From: Chiloscyllium plagiosum
Lineage: Eukaryota
Length of the DNA stretch: 64,000 nt
Direction: 5' to 3'
Assembly (NCBI RefSeq): GCF_004010195.1
Contig: NC_057751.1
Coordinates: 1,589,167-1,653,166, forward strand
The notes under the pieces are model-generated. The model worked only from the letters and a program-made list of their open reading frames with translations, was not told where the DNA came from and ran no database searches. Both the position numbers and the translations under genes were made by a program. Below, in pieces: positions 40,446-54,449 of this stretch (the first letter of the stretch is position 1; each line of letters starts with the position of its first letter).

Positions 40446-41584
40446 TAAAGCCCTGAGCAAAGCAAGACCCATGACGCTAAGGTGGACAATAATGCTTTCA
40501 AAGGCACTTAGCAACTAAGGATTCCTCACTGCCAGCTTAACAACTTGCCAATTCCCTGAATGAGATGGGTCACCTGCACCAGAAAGAGCCATTTCTTTCT
40601 CACTGCTGAATTGCGCTGTGCTGTGGTGGTAGTGTCTCTTCTCTGGGCCTGAAGGCCCACATTCAATGTCCAACTGCTCCAGATATGTGTCATAACCTCT
40701 CTCAATGGGCTGTCAGAAAATATCAACAACACTGCCATTTTAAGACAATTACTGCTTCACCTGCAGTAGCCAGGCAGATCCCAGGCTGAAAAGGCACCTT
40801 ACTGAAACCCTCCAATTGTGCCTCACTCTTGGAAAAAATTGTGCCTCAGCTTTTCCATCAACAAGGAAAACTAATGGGTCCAGTTCATCCAGGAAAGTGT
40901 CAGTGAACACTGACCTCTGCGGTTGGAACTCACAAGAACCAAATTTTAAAGCCTCTGGACTGACCAAACCAAATTGAGAACCTAGCTCAACTCCTGCCTT
41001 CTTTACTCCTGCAGTGTTTCTATGTAGGCAGATGGAGCGGCAAAGCAAGTCCTTCCGCTTTACAACCTTTTAAACAACTCAATTTGTGATTTGCAGTGGG
41101 TTTATTGAAAGACCTGGAATTGAAAATGAAGGACTGAAGAGCTTGCCTTATTCAGGAAGGCAAAGAAATTGGAAAAAGAGACAAACAATGCTGAGCTTTT
41201 TCAGGCTTAGGAGGGGGATAGCAATCCTGATTTAAATTCACCCCAACACATCTTTTGCCTGTGACACAGCAGTAACTGTACGTGACTGGTATATGATGGC
41301 CTGGAGAAACCTTTGCGACATCCACATGCTGCAAAAAGCACGAGAAACATGCATGTCTTCCTCTTCAGTGACAAAGGATTTTGCTACTGCAGACATAAGC
41401 CACTTGGAGGTTTGGGCTGACCAATGGCTCATAACACTAGCACCACATTGTGCCAGGCAATGACTGCTTCCAACATAAGAATCTAACCACCACCTCTTCA
41501 TGGTATTACCATCTTTGAATTGTCATGTGTCAATAACCTGGGGGTTACCATCAACATGAAAACTGAAATGGATCAGCCATATCG

Positions 41585-42440
41585 AGTCATAGAGCACTGA
41601 AACAGACCCTTAGGTTCATCCAGTCCATAATCCCAAATGAAACAAGACCCATCTGTTTGTGTTTGGCCCACAGCTCTCCAAACCTTTCCTGTTCATAATA
41701 TCCCAAAATGTCTTTGAAGTGCTCGAACTATACCGGCGTGTACGACTTCCATTGCAAGTTCATTCCATACACTAACATCCGAGTAAAAACGTTGCCCTTC
41801 ATGTTGTTTTTAAATCTCTCTCCTCTCACCCTAGTCTTGAAATCCCTCAACCGAGGGAAAAGCTACCTGCCATTCACCTTATCCAACATTTTATAAAACT
41901 CTCTAAGGTGCATTCTCAACCTCCAACACTGGAGTGAATAAAGTTCCACCCTATCCAACCTCTCCTCATAATGTAAGTCTTCCATACCCAGCAACATCCC
42001 AGTAAATGCTTTCTGAACCCTTTCCAGCTTAATAATACCCTTGCTATAATAGGGTGACCAAAACTGGACACAGTACTCCAGAAGAGGCCTCACCAATGTC
42101 CTGCAGATCCTCAACATTATGTCCCAAATCCTTTACTTAAGGGACTGAGCAATAAAGGGAAGTGTGCCAGACCCCTCCTTAACCACCCCATTTCTACGAT
42201 GCCAACTTCAAAGCATTTTGCACCTGAACCCACTGGTCTCTGTTCCACGACACGACCGAATGCCTCAGATTTAATTGTACCTTCACCAAAATGCAATACC
42301 TTGTTCGCATTTATCCAAATTAAACTCCATTTGCCAGCCCTCGGGCATTGACCCAATTGATCAACACCTCTTTGGAATCACAGATAACCTTCTTCACTAT
42401 CCTGTGTAATGCTAATCTTGGTGTCATCGGCAAACTTAGG
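41585..42440 (-). mobile_element. CR1-type LINE 3' fragment
   Basis: RTLVRPLLEYCVQFWSPYY...ERVQKAFTGMLLG. It interrupts another LINE whose pieces lie at about 41480-41580 and 42480-42930. Confidence 0.88.
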
Positions 42441-42479
42441 AAGACAATTCCAATGAAAGCAAATCAGAGATGAGGAATG

Positions 42480-42930
42480 TCTCAATTAAGTCACCCCCTG
42501 ACTTTCCAAATCTTGGCCAGTATCCCCATGTAACAGGTGAGCAGTGTGATGGAATACTCCTGACTTGCTTGGATCAGTACAGCTCCAACAACACTCAAAC
42601 TTGACACCAGCCAGGAAAACAGAGCTGTGTGACTGACACTCCAATGCTCTCCACCTCCCAACACCCAGTAGCAGCAGTGTGTACCATCAACAAGCTGTAC
42701 TACCGAAACACACCAAACCTCTTTCAATAGTACCTTCCAAACCCACGACCATCTGGAAGGACAAGGACAGTAGATATATGGGAACACCAACCCCTACAAA
42801 TTCCCCTTTCAGTCACTCACCATCCCGATTTGGAAATACATCACTGTTCCTTCAGGGTTGCTTGTAACTCCCTTATGGGAATGTTAAATGTAGCTACCCC
42901 AAATGGACTACAGCTCAAGACGACAGCTCA
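42480..42930 (+). mobile_element. LINE 3' fragment of a second family (MEYS.LAW..APTTL type)
   Basis: gtgatggaatactcc..acttgcttggat..cagctccaacaacactc; related pieces at 44400-44790 (-), 45600-46690 (-), 50020-50880 (+) and 56610-56960 (-). Confidence 0.7.
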
Positions 42931-44399
42931 CCACATGAACCATTTAAAAGGTATCCTGATTTTTTTCCCATGGAACTCTCAATGTCTGGGCATGACCATC
43001 AGAGAAGCATTCTGCCCACTTAACCCAAGTCTCTTGACACACAAAGTTTTGGGCTCAGTCCCACTTGAATGGCATAATCTAACAATTCAGCCAATTACTG
43101 ACTGAGCTTTGAGGTGCAGTTTAAAGTTTATTTATGAAACAAAGACATTGGAAGGAGATAGGATCTGCCTGCTGAGATGAATACTGAGAAGTTCTGTGAC
43201 ATGATTTAAAAGAGAAGAAAGGGAATTCCCATGGCTTCATTGAACAGTTGATTCATAACAAAGAGCATCATGAACAAATTCAACAATCTATGACTTGACT
43301 ATCAGTTGTGGGTCACAGCGTGTTGTAATGGTACAGCTTTTCAAGGGCCAAAATAATTTCTCTGGTCCAGTCTTGTTTCATTGCGAGAGAACTCCATTCT
43401 TAGTGCAAGATGGAGCTTGAGATTGAGCTCATAACCAATACAACACTGCAGAATATCTTCAATGAACGACACAAGGAGGTTATGGATTTGGGATGAATTA
43501 ATACCTTCGAATGGAGCTGACTCAGCATCTATCAACATCAGTCAGTCTCACTCTCAGGCTCTTGTATGGGAGACAGAAGAAAGAACAAAGAGATTATCAA
43601 GTAATGGCACAGGGAAGACAGGAAAGGCCCATCTTTGAAAAAGGGGAGGACATGGACATCTCAGGAAAAACAATGCTCAGTTAAACGAAGCAGGAATGCA
43701 CAGAAAGACCAGGTCAGGAGAACAGGAGTTCAGTACAATTTCCAAAGCTTGGAGAGAGTGAAAATAGATGAAGGGATATGGCCACCAGTGAATCAAAGGA
43801 GGAAGATGAGAACTGTTGTTGTTTGAAAAGTAGTTATCAAAAAGGAAACACCTTCGATTCAGATATAAAAATCAAGAAGGGGAAATTTGACACTATCACA
43901 AAACCATCGATAACAGTACTTAAGACATAAAAGTCAATAGCAATACAACTGACACCACAGACTGAGCACAGCAAGAATAACCAAACCAGCTGCCAGCCTG
44001 TCACTGATCTGACATGCTAGTGACACAGATCATTTTTGAATATAAATCACATTCAAAGAAATGACTGGAACAGTCGATGAAGGTTTTGAACTCTTAAATT
44101 TTTCTTAAGAAAACTGTGAACATTTCTCACAATAACTCAGATGAGGTGCTGCCAGGAGAATATCACTTCTTATTCAGTTGCATGATAAAGTTTTGTTTCA
44201 AACATCAAGTCCCTTGCACAACTTGCATTTTAATTATAACTTCAATGCTAACACCACAGATCGAGCAGTTTCATAAAAATGATGTCATGTCAGGATACAG
44301 CAGACAGATGTGTTTAGAGAGGGAAGATTTCAGAGCATTTCAAAAGACAGGGGAGAGTGTTTAGGCAACTGGGGTGTGAGGGACTTTAAAAATATGAGC

Positions 44400-46690
44400 A
44401 TGTGCTTCAGCAAATATCCCCACTTCTGACCTTCTGATGGAGGGACGATCATTTATGAAGCAGCTGAAGATGGTTGTGCCTCGGACACTACCCTGAGGAA
44501 CTCCTGCAGAGATGTCCCAGAGCTGAGAGGACTGACCTCCAACAACCACAACCAACTTCCTAAGTACCAGGTGTGACTGGTCCAAACAGTGGAGGGATTG
44601 CCCCTGATCCCTACATAATCAGTCAAATGCTGCTCGGGTGATGTCAAAGGCAGTCAACTCTCACCTCTGGAACTGAGCTCGCTGTCTATGCTTGAACCAA
44701 ACCCGTAATGAGGTCAGCAGCAGAGCTGCAAGCTATTGCTAAGCAATTACTGTTTAATAAACGGTTGATGAGCCCTTCCATCACTGACAATGATAGAGAT
44801 ATACAATATGGAAACAGACCCTTCAGTTCAACCCATCCATGCTGATCAGATATCTTAAAAACTGATCTCGTCCCATTTGCCAGCACTTGGCCCACATCCC
44901 TCTATACCCTTCCTGTTCATATACCCATCCAGATGCCTTTAAATGTTGTATTTCTACCAGCCTCCAACACCTCCTTCGGCAGCTTATCATACATGCACCA
45001 CCCTCAGAGAAAAAATGGTCCCAAGATCCCCTCTAAATCTTTCCCCCCTCGCTTTAAAACTGTGCGCTCTAGCTCTGGACTCACCAACTCACACAGTGCC
45101 TCTGTAACCCCCATGATTTTCTAAACCTCGATAAGGTCACCCCTGAGCCTCTGATGTTCCAGCCTATTCAGCCTCTCACTATCGCTCAAACACTCCAACC
45201 CTACTGACATCCTTGCTAATATTTTCTGAACCCTTTCAAGTTTTACAATATCCCTTCTTTGTCAGGGAGACCAGAATTGCATGCAATATTCCAAAAGTGG
45301 CCGAACCAATGTCCCGTACAGCCGCAACATGACCTCCCTACTCCTATACACGGTGCTCTGACCAATTAAAACAAGTATACCAAGCGTCTTCTTCACTATC
45401 CTATCTACCTACGACTCCACTATGAACCTGTACTCCAAGGTCTATTTGTTCAGCAACACTCTCCAGGACCTTACCATTAAGTGTATAAGTCCTGCTCTGA
45501 TTTGCCTGGCTGTGTCTAAATCCTGCTCCGATTTGCCTTTCCAAAATGCAGCACCGCACAGTGATCTAAATTAAACTCCATCTGCCACTCCTCAGCCCTT
45601 GGCAGTCGAATCATTCCATGATATCACCGGGAGTGAATCAAATTATCAGAAGATTCGTATCTGTGATGCTGGGGACCTCTGGAGAAAGCCAAGATGGATA
45701 ATTCACTGGCGAATGCTGAGCCTGAACTTATGCATTCATGTGCAACTCTCTGATCAGTGTGGACAGGGATATTTATCGATCTTTCCTTGCAAATGAACGG
45801 TTTAATTGGTCCCCATCATTCATGAGTTGATACAGTGTGGCTGCAAGAGTTCCGATTTGGTGTGTCGGTCACAGATTAGCTTTACCTCGTCAGATGCCTG
45901 TTTGCTCCTCGGCACACAAATAGTCCTGCGTAGTAGCTTCACCAGGTATACCTGCTGGTTTCCTGGCAAGCCCGCCTGCTGTTTTCATTTAACCATGGAT
46001 GGTCTCTTGGCTAGACGATAATGGTTAAGTGGGGGATATGCTGGGCCTTGAGGGTGCAGATTGTGCTGGAGAATGATTCTGCTGTTAATGGCCCAAAGCA
46101 GCTCAAGGATGCAGAGTCCTCAGTTACTGACTCTCCCACAGTGATAGTGTCACACATGATGGAGTTTATACTTAATGTGAAGGCAGGACTTGGTCTCCAA
46201 AGGACTGTGCAGTAGTCATTATTACTAAAATTATTCACCCAGACGCACCCGAAACAGGCAGATTGGTGAGCATGAGGTCAGGTTATTTATTTTCCCCTCT
46301 TGTTGGTTTCCTCATCAGCTGCCACAAACCCAGTCTCACAGCTCTGTTTTTTCAGATTGAACCAGCTCAATCAGAGGTGGTGCTGGATACTGAAGTCAAC
46401 TACAGAGCACAATCTCTGCCCGTGCCAGCTGCAGTGCTTCCTCCAAGTGGTGGTCAAGATGGAAGAGGACAGATTCATTAGCTGAGGGAAAATAGTATTC
46501 GATAGGTAGTGGGAGGTTTCCATCTTTACCCTGACACCATGAGATTTCATTGGGACCAAAGTCAGTAATTGAGGATGTCCAGAGTATCTCTTGTCCAAAT
46601 ATATATCATTTTAGTGCCACCTGTGTAGGATCGGTTCTTCTGATGGGACAGCACATACTGAAGGGTGTGTGTATCAGGTATGAGCAGGTA
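44400..46690 (-). mobile_element. Second-family LINE (RT region) with a CR1 3' fragment (44795-45597) inserted
   Basis: ORF 44361..44585: VVVGGQSSQLWDISAGVPQGSVRGTTIFSCFINDRPSI; the CR1 3' end reads on the minus strand inside it. Confidence 0.75.
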
Positions 46691-46923
46691 GGGAAAGAGT
46701 TAAGTTCTGAGTTTGGTGAAACGAAAGGTTCAGCTAAGCATGACTCAGATCAGATAAAAACTTGCAGTTAACAATGGGGTGCTGGAGGCAAGGGTAATAG
46801 GTTAACAAGGTGGAAAAGCAGTCATTATGTCAAGCTATTTAACCATATTGGTTTATAAGGTCAGTTTTCCACCAACACCCTGGAGTTGTTCAGGGAGAGG
46901 TGGGCGCTGCAGGCAGTGGAGTG

Positions 46924-47200
46924 CATTATTTCCCTCTCCAACTCTATTTTGATTTGATCCCTGGTCTCCCCTTCACTGTTTGATCACACAGCAATGTCCT
47001 TTGATGTGAAGGGCACTGCTTGTCACTGGCGACTCGGGTGTTTCCTTTCTTCCTGGTGGTGGAATTTGAATAAAGATTCGTGCACCTTGTGCCTCACACC
47101 TGCGCACACACACACACACCATGGGTGCTGGGGAAAAAATAAGCACTACCGCAGTTAGGCAGTAGTGTGGGGGTAATTTTAAAAAAAGGAAAAAAAAACA
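46924..47200 (+). mobile_element. Retroposon 3' end with poly(A)-like tail (L1/Tx1-like, family uncertain)
   Basis: AATAAA, (CA)n, terminal stem-loop cactaccgc..gcagtagtg and an A-rich tail; flanked by GGAGTG (46918-46923, 47201-47206). Confidence 0.55.
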
Positions 47201-49679
47201 GGAGTGTGATCATGCAGCATTGCCAAAAAAAAGGTGTGTCAGACACCTTAACACTCAGAGCTGGCTCTTGAGGGAGCTGGACCAGTGTATGCGCGCATGC
47301 AAGGACTCTCCTTCTTAAAAAAAAGTCAGTTTCACAAGGTGAAAAGTATTCATTATGCTGAGCTGGTTAAGGTTAAGAACATTCATTGTGTAACACCAGA
47401 TGGCTTAACCTTTGATATTGATACTTGCTGATTATAATGGGTCACCCAATCAATATATACAGTGCCTTATCTGGATGGTCCTCCCTGTAAAATGAGTGTA
47501 TATTTCATTAAGAACCTACTGTTCCAGAGACCGGGAACCCAGGTCTCTGTGCACACAGGTGATCGTTCTCTCTCCTTCCAGAGCCCGGAATAAAGACAGA
47601 CGTAAAACCATACTGTGTCTGAGAGTGTTTTGCTTTGACTGAGGGTAAGAACTGGACAATGGTCGCTCGAGACATTGTAAAATAGGATTCCAAAAGTATC
47701 ACTAGGTCAGGCTGTGGCTGAGGGGGGACAGCTCTCACAATTTTTGCACTGGACCAGTGACGGCAGCAGAGAAAACTCCACAGGGTTGACAGGACTGTCT
47801 GCTATTTTTCTTTCCAGAGATTAGGTTGGTGTCAGCCACGGTCCTGCTGAATGGGAAAGCTGTGAGACTGCACATCCCACTGTGAAACAAATCATCCTCA
47901 TTTCTGCAGAGCTTTTCTTTCTGTGACAATGGGAATTCCATAGAAAGGAGAATGATGTCCTTTTTCATGAACTTTGATCATTGAACTCACCTATGGAATC
48001 AACTACTCACATTACAAGGGCATAAAAGTCTTGAATGATTTATTCCACCAGCCACCCCCGCCCTATTCCACAATCTCTCTGATACATCTATGGTGCTGAA
48101 CAGTAACTTACAATCATGCTACACCCTTCCCTGGCCCTCTCTGTACTTGTAAAAGCCTCCTTAATCTCCACTTCTTGTTGATATCTCCGGTCACCTTCCT
48201 CTCGCCTCCTACCGACCTTGCCCTCAGCCAGAATCCGATAATTTGCTAAGTTAAAAGCACACAGTAAATGCCTGCATATGTCAAAATAAAACTCTTCGGG
48301 TCACACACTTTATAAAAAGTAGATTGTTCTTTGGAAGAGGCAAGCCCAGATCCACCAAAATGCTGCCAAGCTCTTGAGTGTTCGATTGTAATGCTATGTA
48401 ATCTGGCACTAGTATTCCGTGGAATACAGAAGGTGATGGCAAGATTTATACACGCTAGCAGATTTTTGAACAAAAACAAACACATTTCTGATGGAAATTT
48501 CTTATTGGTTGAGCAATTTTGAATCCAACAGGAAAAGCTTGCATTGTGAAGCAAGTCACTTCGGAGAGAAGCAAAAACTGATTGCCAATTGTGGCAGAAG
48601 CTGGGAAATGTTACAAGATGCAGCATGTGTCAGTCCGATTCAAAATATTCAACCGCAGATCAATACAGTTGGAGATCTGTGGGCAGCATGAAAGACCAGA
48701 ATATCCAAAATGACTGTTTCTATGCTGTAAGTTTGGGCCTGCTATTTCATTGGTCTCAGATCCAGCTTGTGCAACCTGGATTACAGTGGGAAACTTCACC
48801 CTGTTGACTTTCTAAATCACTTCTCAGAAGCAATATATGGTCATTGGTCAGCCTCCCATCAAAGACACCAATCTGAGGAGCTGAGGCTTCAGCCTCCAAT
48901 CACGTATCATTACTGTTTCCTCTCCAGTTGCAAGGTTTTATTCTCTCTTCCACTCCAGTTCCCCCCCTTCCCCAAAACAATTATACTTGGCTGCGAATCA
49001 TGTCCTGAGTGAGATATCAGGACATATCAGCACTTGGAGAGAATTATTTACTCTGCACACGTACAACTTAGGCAGGTCACAAGAGGCAATGCCCCATCGG
49101 CCCACACCAACCCACCAATAAATCTGAACAGTGCTGAACCAGGTCTCCAGAAGGGGCGCAAACCTGACTAACATGGGCACATATCAAACTGGGCAGTCAT
49201 TACCACACCATATCCTGCAATGCGTTTTGCTGGAAAAGTCAACATTTGCACCCTCATGAAAACCCAGCAATTGCACATGACACAAAAGGGTCATGGAAAA
49301 CACACACATTAACACTCAAAAGAACTTGAATCTCAAGATCAATACACATCCTGAACATGATTCTATCCATTAAGTATGCTGCAAGGTAGCCTCAGATTGA
49401 AGATGTTCATAGTATGTTAATTCCATGGTTAAGATGAAAGGTACAGGTTGAATTAATTATTTCCAGCACTTCCAGACAATGTCTTGATTTTGCATGCCAT
49501 GTTGGGATTGGGAATCTGAGAATATTATGCTTCACTTTGGCCCAACCATCTTCAGCTCCCACTATCAGAAGACTGGAAGTGATAGTCGCACAACAATCAG
49601 CAACATTCGATACTGAAGCAGTGCACATTGAGCAACACTTCGTATCTCAAGCTTTGGGATTATCGAAGTGGCAAGTAAT

Positions 49680-49980
49680 AGGCGGCATGGTGGCTCAGTG
49701 GTTAGCACTGCTGCCTCAAAGCATGAGGGTCCTATGTTCAATTCCAGCCTCAGGCAACTGTCTATGTGGAGTTTGCACATTCTCCCTGTGTCTGCGTGGG
49801 TTTCCGCCAGGTGCTCTGGTTTCCCCCCACTGTGCAAAGACGCGCAAGTTTGGTGAATTGCTCATAGTGTTAGGTGCATTAGTCAGAGGGAAATTGGTCT
49901 GGGTGGGTTACTCTTCGGAGGGTCAGTGTGGACTGGTTGGGCCGAAGGGTCACACTGTAGGGAATCTAATCCAATCCAAT
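49680..49980 (+). mobile_element. HE1-type SINE
   Basis: ggcggcatggtggctcagtggttagcactgctgcctca...cacactgtagggaatctaatccaatccaat. Confidence 0.9.
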
Positions 49981-50118
49981 GCTGGTGTCACCCAAGTGCC
50001 AGGGAACGACCATCTCCTAAAGAGAAAATCTAACCACCATCCCAAGATATTCAATGTCATGACGATCTCTGATTACCCCAGTATCAGTATCTTGGGGGTT
50101 GCCACTGAACTGAAATGG

Positions 50119-50346
50119 ATTAGTGGTGCTGGAAGAGCACAGCAGTTCAGGCAGCATCCGAGGAGCAGTAAAATCAACGTTTTGGGCAAAAGCCCTTCAT
50201 CAGGAATACAGCTGTATTCTTGATGAAGGGCTTTTGCCCGAAACGTTGATTTTACAGCTCCTTGGATGCTGCCTGAACTGCTGTGCTCTTCCAGCACCAC
50301 TAATCCAGCATCTGGTTTTCAGCATCTGCAGTCATTGTTTTTACCT
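50119..50346. mobile_element. PLE-derived palindromic dimer
   Basis: 192-bp near-perfect palindrome at 50116-50307; 15-bp duplication ACTGAACTGAAATGG (50104-50118, 50347-50361). Confidence 0.92.
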
Positions 50347-51940
50347 ACTGAACTGAAATGGCCATGTAACTACTGTGGCAGCAACAGTACACCAAAGGCT
50401 CAGAATTCTTCATTGTGTAACTCACCTCCAGTTTCCCCAGTGCTATCATCGGCAAGACAAGTCCAGAGTATGATCGAGTACTTCTCACTTGCCTGGACGA
50501 TTGTTTCTCCAAAAACACAAGCAGCACAACACTAATCAGGCAAAGCCCACTTGATTCGTACACCATCCATAACTTTAAGCATTCACCCTGCTCACTAAGA
50601 TAGACACTAGCAAGTGTACACCATCTCTAAGATGTGCTGCAAATAATTACAAAGGCTCATCCAACAAGCCATTCTAAACCTGCAACCTCTAACACCGAGA
50701 AGGGACATGACAGATGTATGAGAACTACATTCTCCGCGAGTTCCCCTCCAAGCGACAGACCAAACTGTCCCTTTGCAGTCACTAGGTCAAAATGCTGCAA
50801 GTTCCTTCCAAACAGCATTGTTGGTGTTGTTGCACTGTGGTTATAAGGTGGTAGCTCACAACCACCTTTTCCAAGGTAATCACATCCCATGAACAAGTTA
50901 AACAAATGAAATATAGGACATACAAATCTGTTGATGATTTCCTTCCTCCTTGATTTCAACACACCTCATCCACGTTCAAAATGTGAACACTCATTTCTCA
51001 AACCAAAGATTTGGTTTGCACTTTGACAATGTTTTGCATCATCAATTCTGATAGAGACTTTTCCAATGATCTCATATGCCCCAAATCCGCAACCAAACAT
51101 CTTCCAATCGCAGCATCCACCTGGGCCACTCATTCATCAAGGACCTCGGTGAGTTGTACAGCACCTTGTTGTAATTAGATATCTCCCTCTATCAGTGCGA
51201 GAAATGAACTTCATTTCAAACTCCTGTTCAACATGCACTTAAAGCCATTTCATCCAGAATGCTGGGCTGCTGCAGAGGTGCTTTTGACAGTTGTTCTTTT
51301 TTGACACTTGCTCAGTTACCACACATAGTTCCTTTGGAGATGTAGGAATGTTAGTATTGTTGGCTGTCAGCATCGCTCGGTGACAGAATAATCTCTCTTG
51401 CCTTCAAATCAGATAAAATGAGTGGCTCATCTGTGCAACCGTTTCAGGCAGAAGGGTGCAGTGCTACACTCTGCAATCTTGACACATAGTGCATGGGCTC
51501 TGTATACAATCTGAAGAAGGGCAGCCAAATTCTACCACAGTATTGACCTACACTCATTTCCCCGCAAACACCATGAAAACTCAAGCAAGCAGAATACTGC
51601 AGACACTGGAAATCTGAAATAAATAAAAGTGGTGGAGAAACTCTGCAAGTCTCGCACCATCTGTGAAGAGGCAAACACAGTTAACATTCCAAGTCTGCTA
51701 TGACTCTTGGTCTGACTATTGACCTCACTGCTGTTCCTGGGGAACATGTATACCTGTTGGCTATCACATTTCTCTTCATCATACCAATGGTCTGCCCCTT
51801 AATCCCCTTGCCTCTGGACTTGGCAATTCAAATTCCACAGTCTGTTCTTCTTAATGTGATGATATTTTGTTATTTATCATGTTGCAGTTAACGGACTCAG
51901 GGACATCCTGAAGTATGAAAATACAACTTACTCCGAGTCA

Positions 51941-53652
51941 CTGCCTGTTAGTTATTTTACTCACTCCCTTAAGATATGATGGAAATGCCTTTACAGAAAG
52001 AAAACAATTATCATGTCAAGTTGTCCCTCATTTGCAGCTACTATGTGTATGTTCCAGCTCCTCCTCTTCCCACGTTTGGTCTTGCAGATGTCCAACTGCT
52101 GCAATGGTGCACTTTCAGCAGGGGTTGAGGGATTAACCGAACAAGATAACAATACCTTACAAACTGCACTGCTGTCTTGGAGAGTCAAGAGCAGCTCCTT
52201 CAATCACATTCCAAAAATCTAAAACATGCCTCTACTTTTCCATCAAGCAATCACTGGGGGCCCAGATCCTCACTGTGATGAGTGAAGCATTGTGAACTGA
52301 CAATCCTCAAGATTAATGATGTGAAGTAATCTATGTACCGAACTGTTTGACAGACTTTACCTCCAAGGAATCAGTACAACATTCATGAGCCTGAACTCAA
52401 TGAGCACCTTGGCTCCTAGACAATTTCTCACACTTTGGGGCAGCCAATGCAACACTCCAATCACTCTCCATATCAGGAACTCATTTCTAGTGACTGATCA
52501 ATTCCTAAGTGATTCATGTGTTTGGTCCATCAAAGAAAAATGAAGTTACAGAAGAAAAGCTTGCAAGATTCTGAGGTGGCGCTGGGACAAAATTACAACC
52601 ACAACCAATAATACTGAACTCAGTATAGACCAGCAGCTAGCAGCCCAGCAACAAGAGTAACAGCAGTAACATAGAGATCAACGGGACCCAATCTGGAATT
52701 GGCAATTCATTCACTGGACATGGCAACATATTTGGGAGCTCCTGGCTGAAAGCACCATCACCATCAGGCTCTAATGAGCCAAGGAGAAGTTCCTTTGTCT
52801 TTCAAGGATGGGTAATAGATCGCAGCCACATCAGAAACACACCTACCATGAGAAAAAAAAGTTTTCTAAAAAAAACAGACAAGTTTCAGGACAAATCAGC
52901 AAATCTCTTTGGTTTCAGGTGACAAAGCAAATCAAAACATAGAGATCACCACAACTACTGTAACACAATGATTTAATAAACAAGCCAAACTAGATTTCAC
53001 TGCACAAACTTTCCAAACAGACTTCCACACAAGCAAAACACAAGCTCAATCAATGCAAATTGACTACAATTTTAGTAACTTTGGGAACAGCAAATATAAG
53101 TAAACAACAAAGCAAAAAGTATAATTCATTCAACTTATAAATGCACAAACTAAGTTGAACAGGTAAAGTTTACTGCAAAACTACAAACTAGTTTTTATAC
53201 TCACAGGGAACATGCCAATTGCTCTCATCTGTTGAGGGCTCATTACAGGCCAATAAGGCTATTCATCAACAGTCGCCAAATCAAAATAACAGCAAAAAAA
53301 TCTTTAAGACAGCCAGCATCTTCCAAGCAACAAGTATAAACACGAATACTTCAGCTCCTCTGGTACAAATGTTCATTGTAGACCTTATGGAACTTCAGTA
53401 GAAGTGAAAGATGGAACAGAAGATCAAGTTATCAGTGAAAAGACACTAGTGACAAAAGACGAGACACAAGATCGGCTCATCATTGAGAAGTGGATTTCTT
53501 TTTAAACACAAGACCAAACATGGGAACAGGAGCAGCTGGAACATATACATAGTAGCTACAAATGAGGGACAACTTGATATGATAATTGTTTTCTTTCTGT
53601 AAAGGCATTTCCATGATATCTCAAGGGAGTAAGTAAAATAACTAGCAGACAG
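51941..53652. repeat. 144-bp inverted repeat pair (51941-52084 / 53509-53652)
   Basis: Manual alignment gives 11 mismatches, no gaps (about 92% identity), with a spacer of about 1.42 kb. Confidence 0.9.
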
Positions 53653-54256
53653 GAGAAAGGTGGAAATGAACGAGAACTGTAGCTTGGATATGTACAGCAG
53701 AGATGGAAAATAAAAGCAAAAAGAAAGTCAGAGCTGGAATGCCAAGGTGGAAGCAAAGGAAGTTGCGCATGCCATAAGGAGGTGATAAAATCGTGAATAT
53801 CCTTGAAATATTAATGAAACATCATATTTATGGCCGACGTTTCTTTCCTGTATAGAGATCCAAGCCAATTCAGAACCGTCCAATAACAAATCAACAATCT
53901 GCATTCAGAAGAGAAAGAACTTGCCTTCAAACAAAACAAGTGACAACGTCAAAACGAGCTCAGGTGACAATGCAACACTGGCGGCTCTGCGCGATGCATT
54001 AAACCTCCCAGTTCTGCACCGCTTATGCAGCAACGGGAATCGAGTTAGTTTGCAAGGACCCCCGAAAACAGCAGTCACACGTTGCATTTCAAACGCGTTC
54101 AGCCTTGTGGCAAACGAACCCTTCTGGTTTAGTGAGGTGAGAGAGGGGAGTGTATGCAAAAACAAAAAAAAAACAAGCACTGTCTGGCAATGCAGCAGCA
54201 GCATTTTATTCTGGAGTATAAACTATGAGAAAGCCGGGGTGTTTTTGCCCCCTCTC

Positions 54257-54279
54257 TGTGTGTGTGTGTGTGTGTGTGT
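54257..54279. repeat. (TG)n microsatellite
   Basis: Direct reading; a (CA)n/(CT)n run also lies at about 54627-54657 and (TC)n at about 8675-8702. Confidence 0.9.
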
Positions 54280-54434
54280 TGCTGCAGTTGAAGAATGGAG
54301 GCTGGCTCTAAGAAGAGCTGACCAGCTCCAAGGCCCAGCGCCTGCACCACCACCACCTCCACCAGCAGCAGCAGTCCTGTTACTTGTTGACATCAGCTTC
54401 GGCGCGGTTTCGAGGAGCCCATATCCGGGGCCCG

Positions 54435-54449
54435 GTTACCCCTAGCAAC
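54435..54449. promoter_or_regulatory. Candidate RFX X-box
   Basis: GTTACC-CCT-AGCAAC fits the X-box pattern GTNRCC(N0-3)RGYAAC; it lies in the CpG island in intron 1. Confidence 0.45.

Noticed and set aside
49537..50223. 228-aa ORF
   Set aside because: Chance read-through across an HE1 SINE, a LINE piece and the palindromic element.
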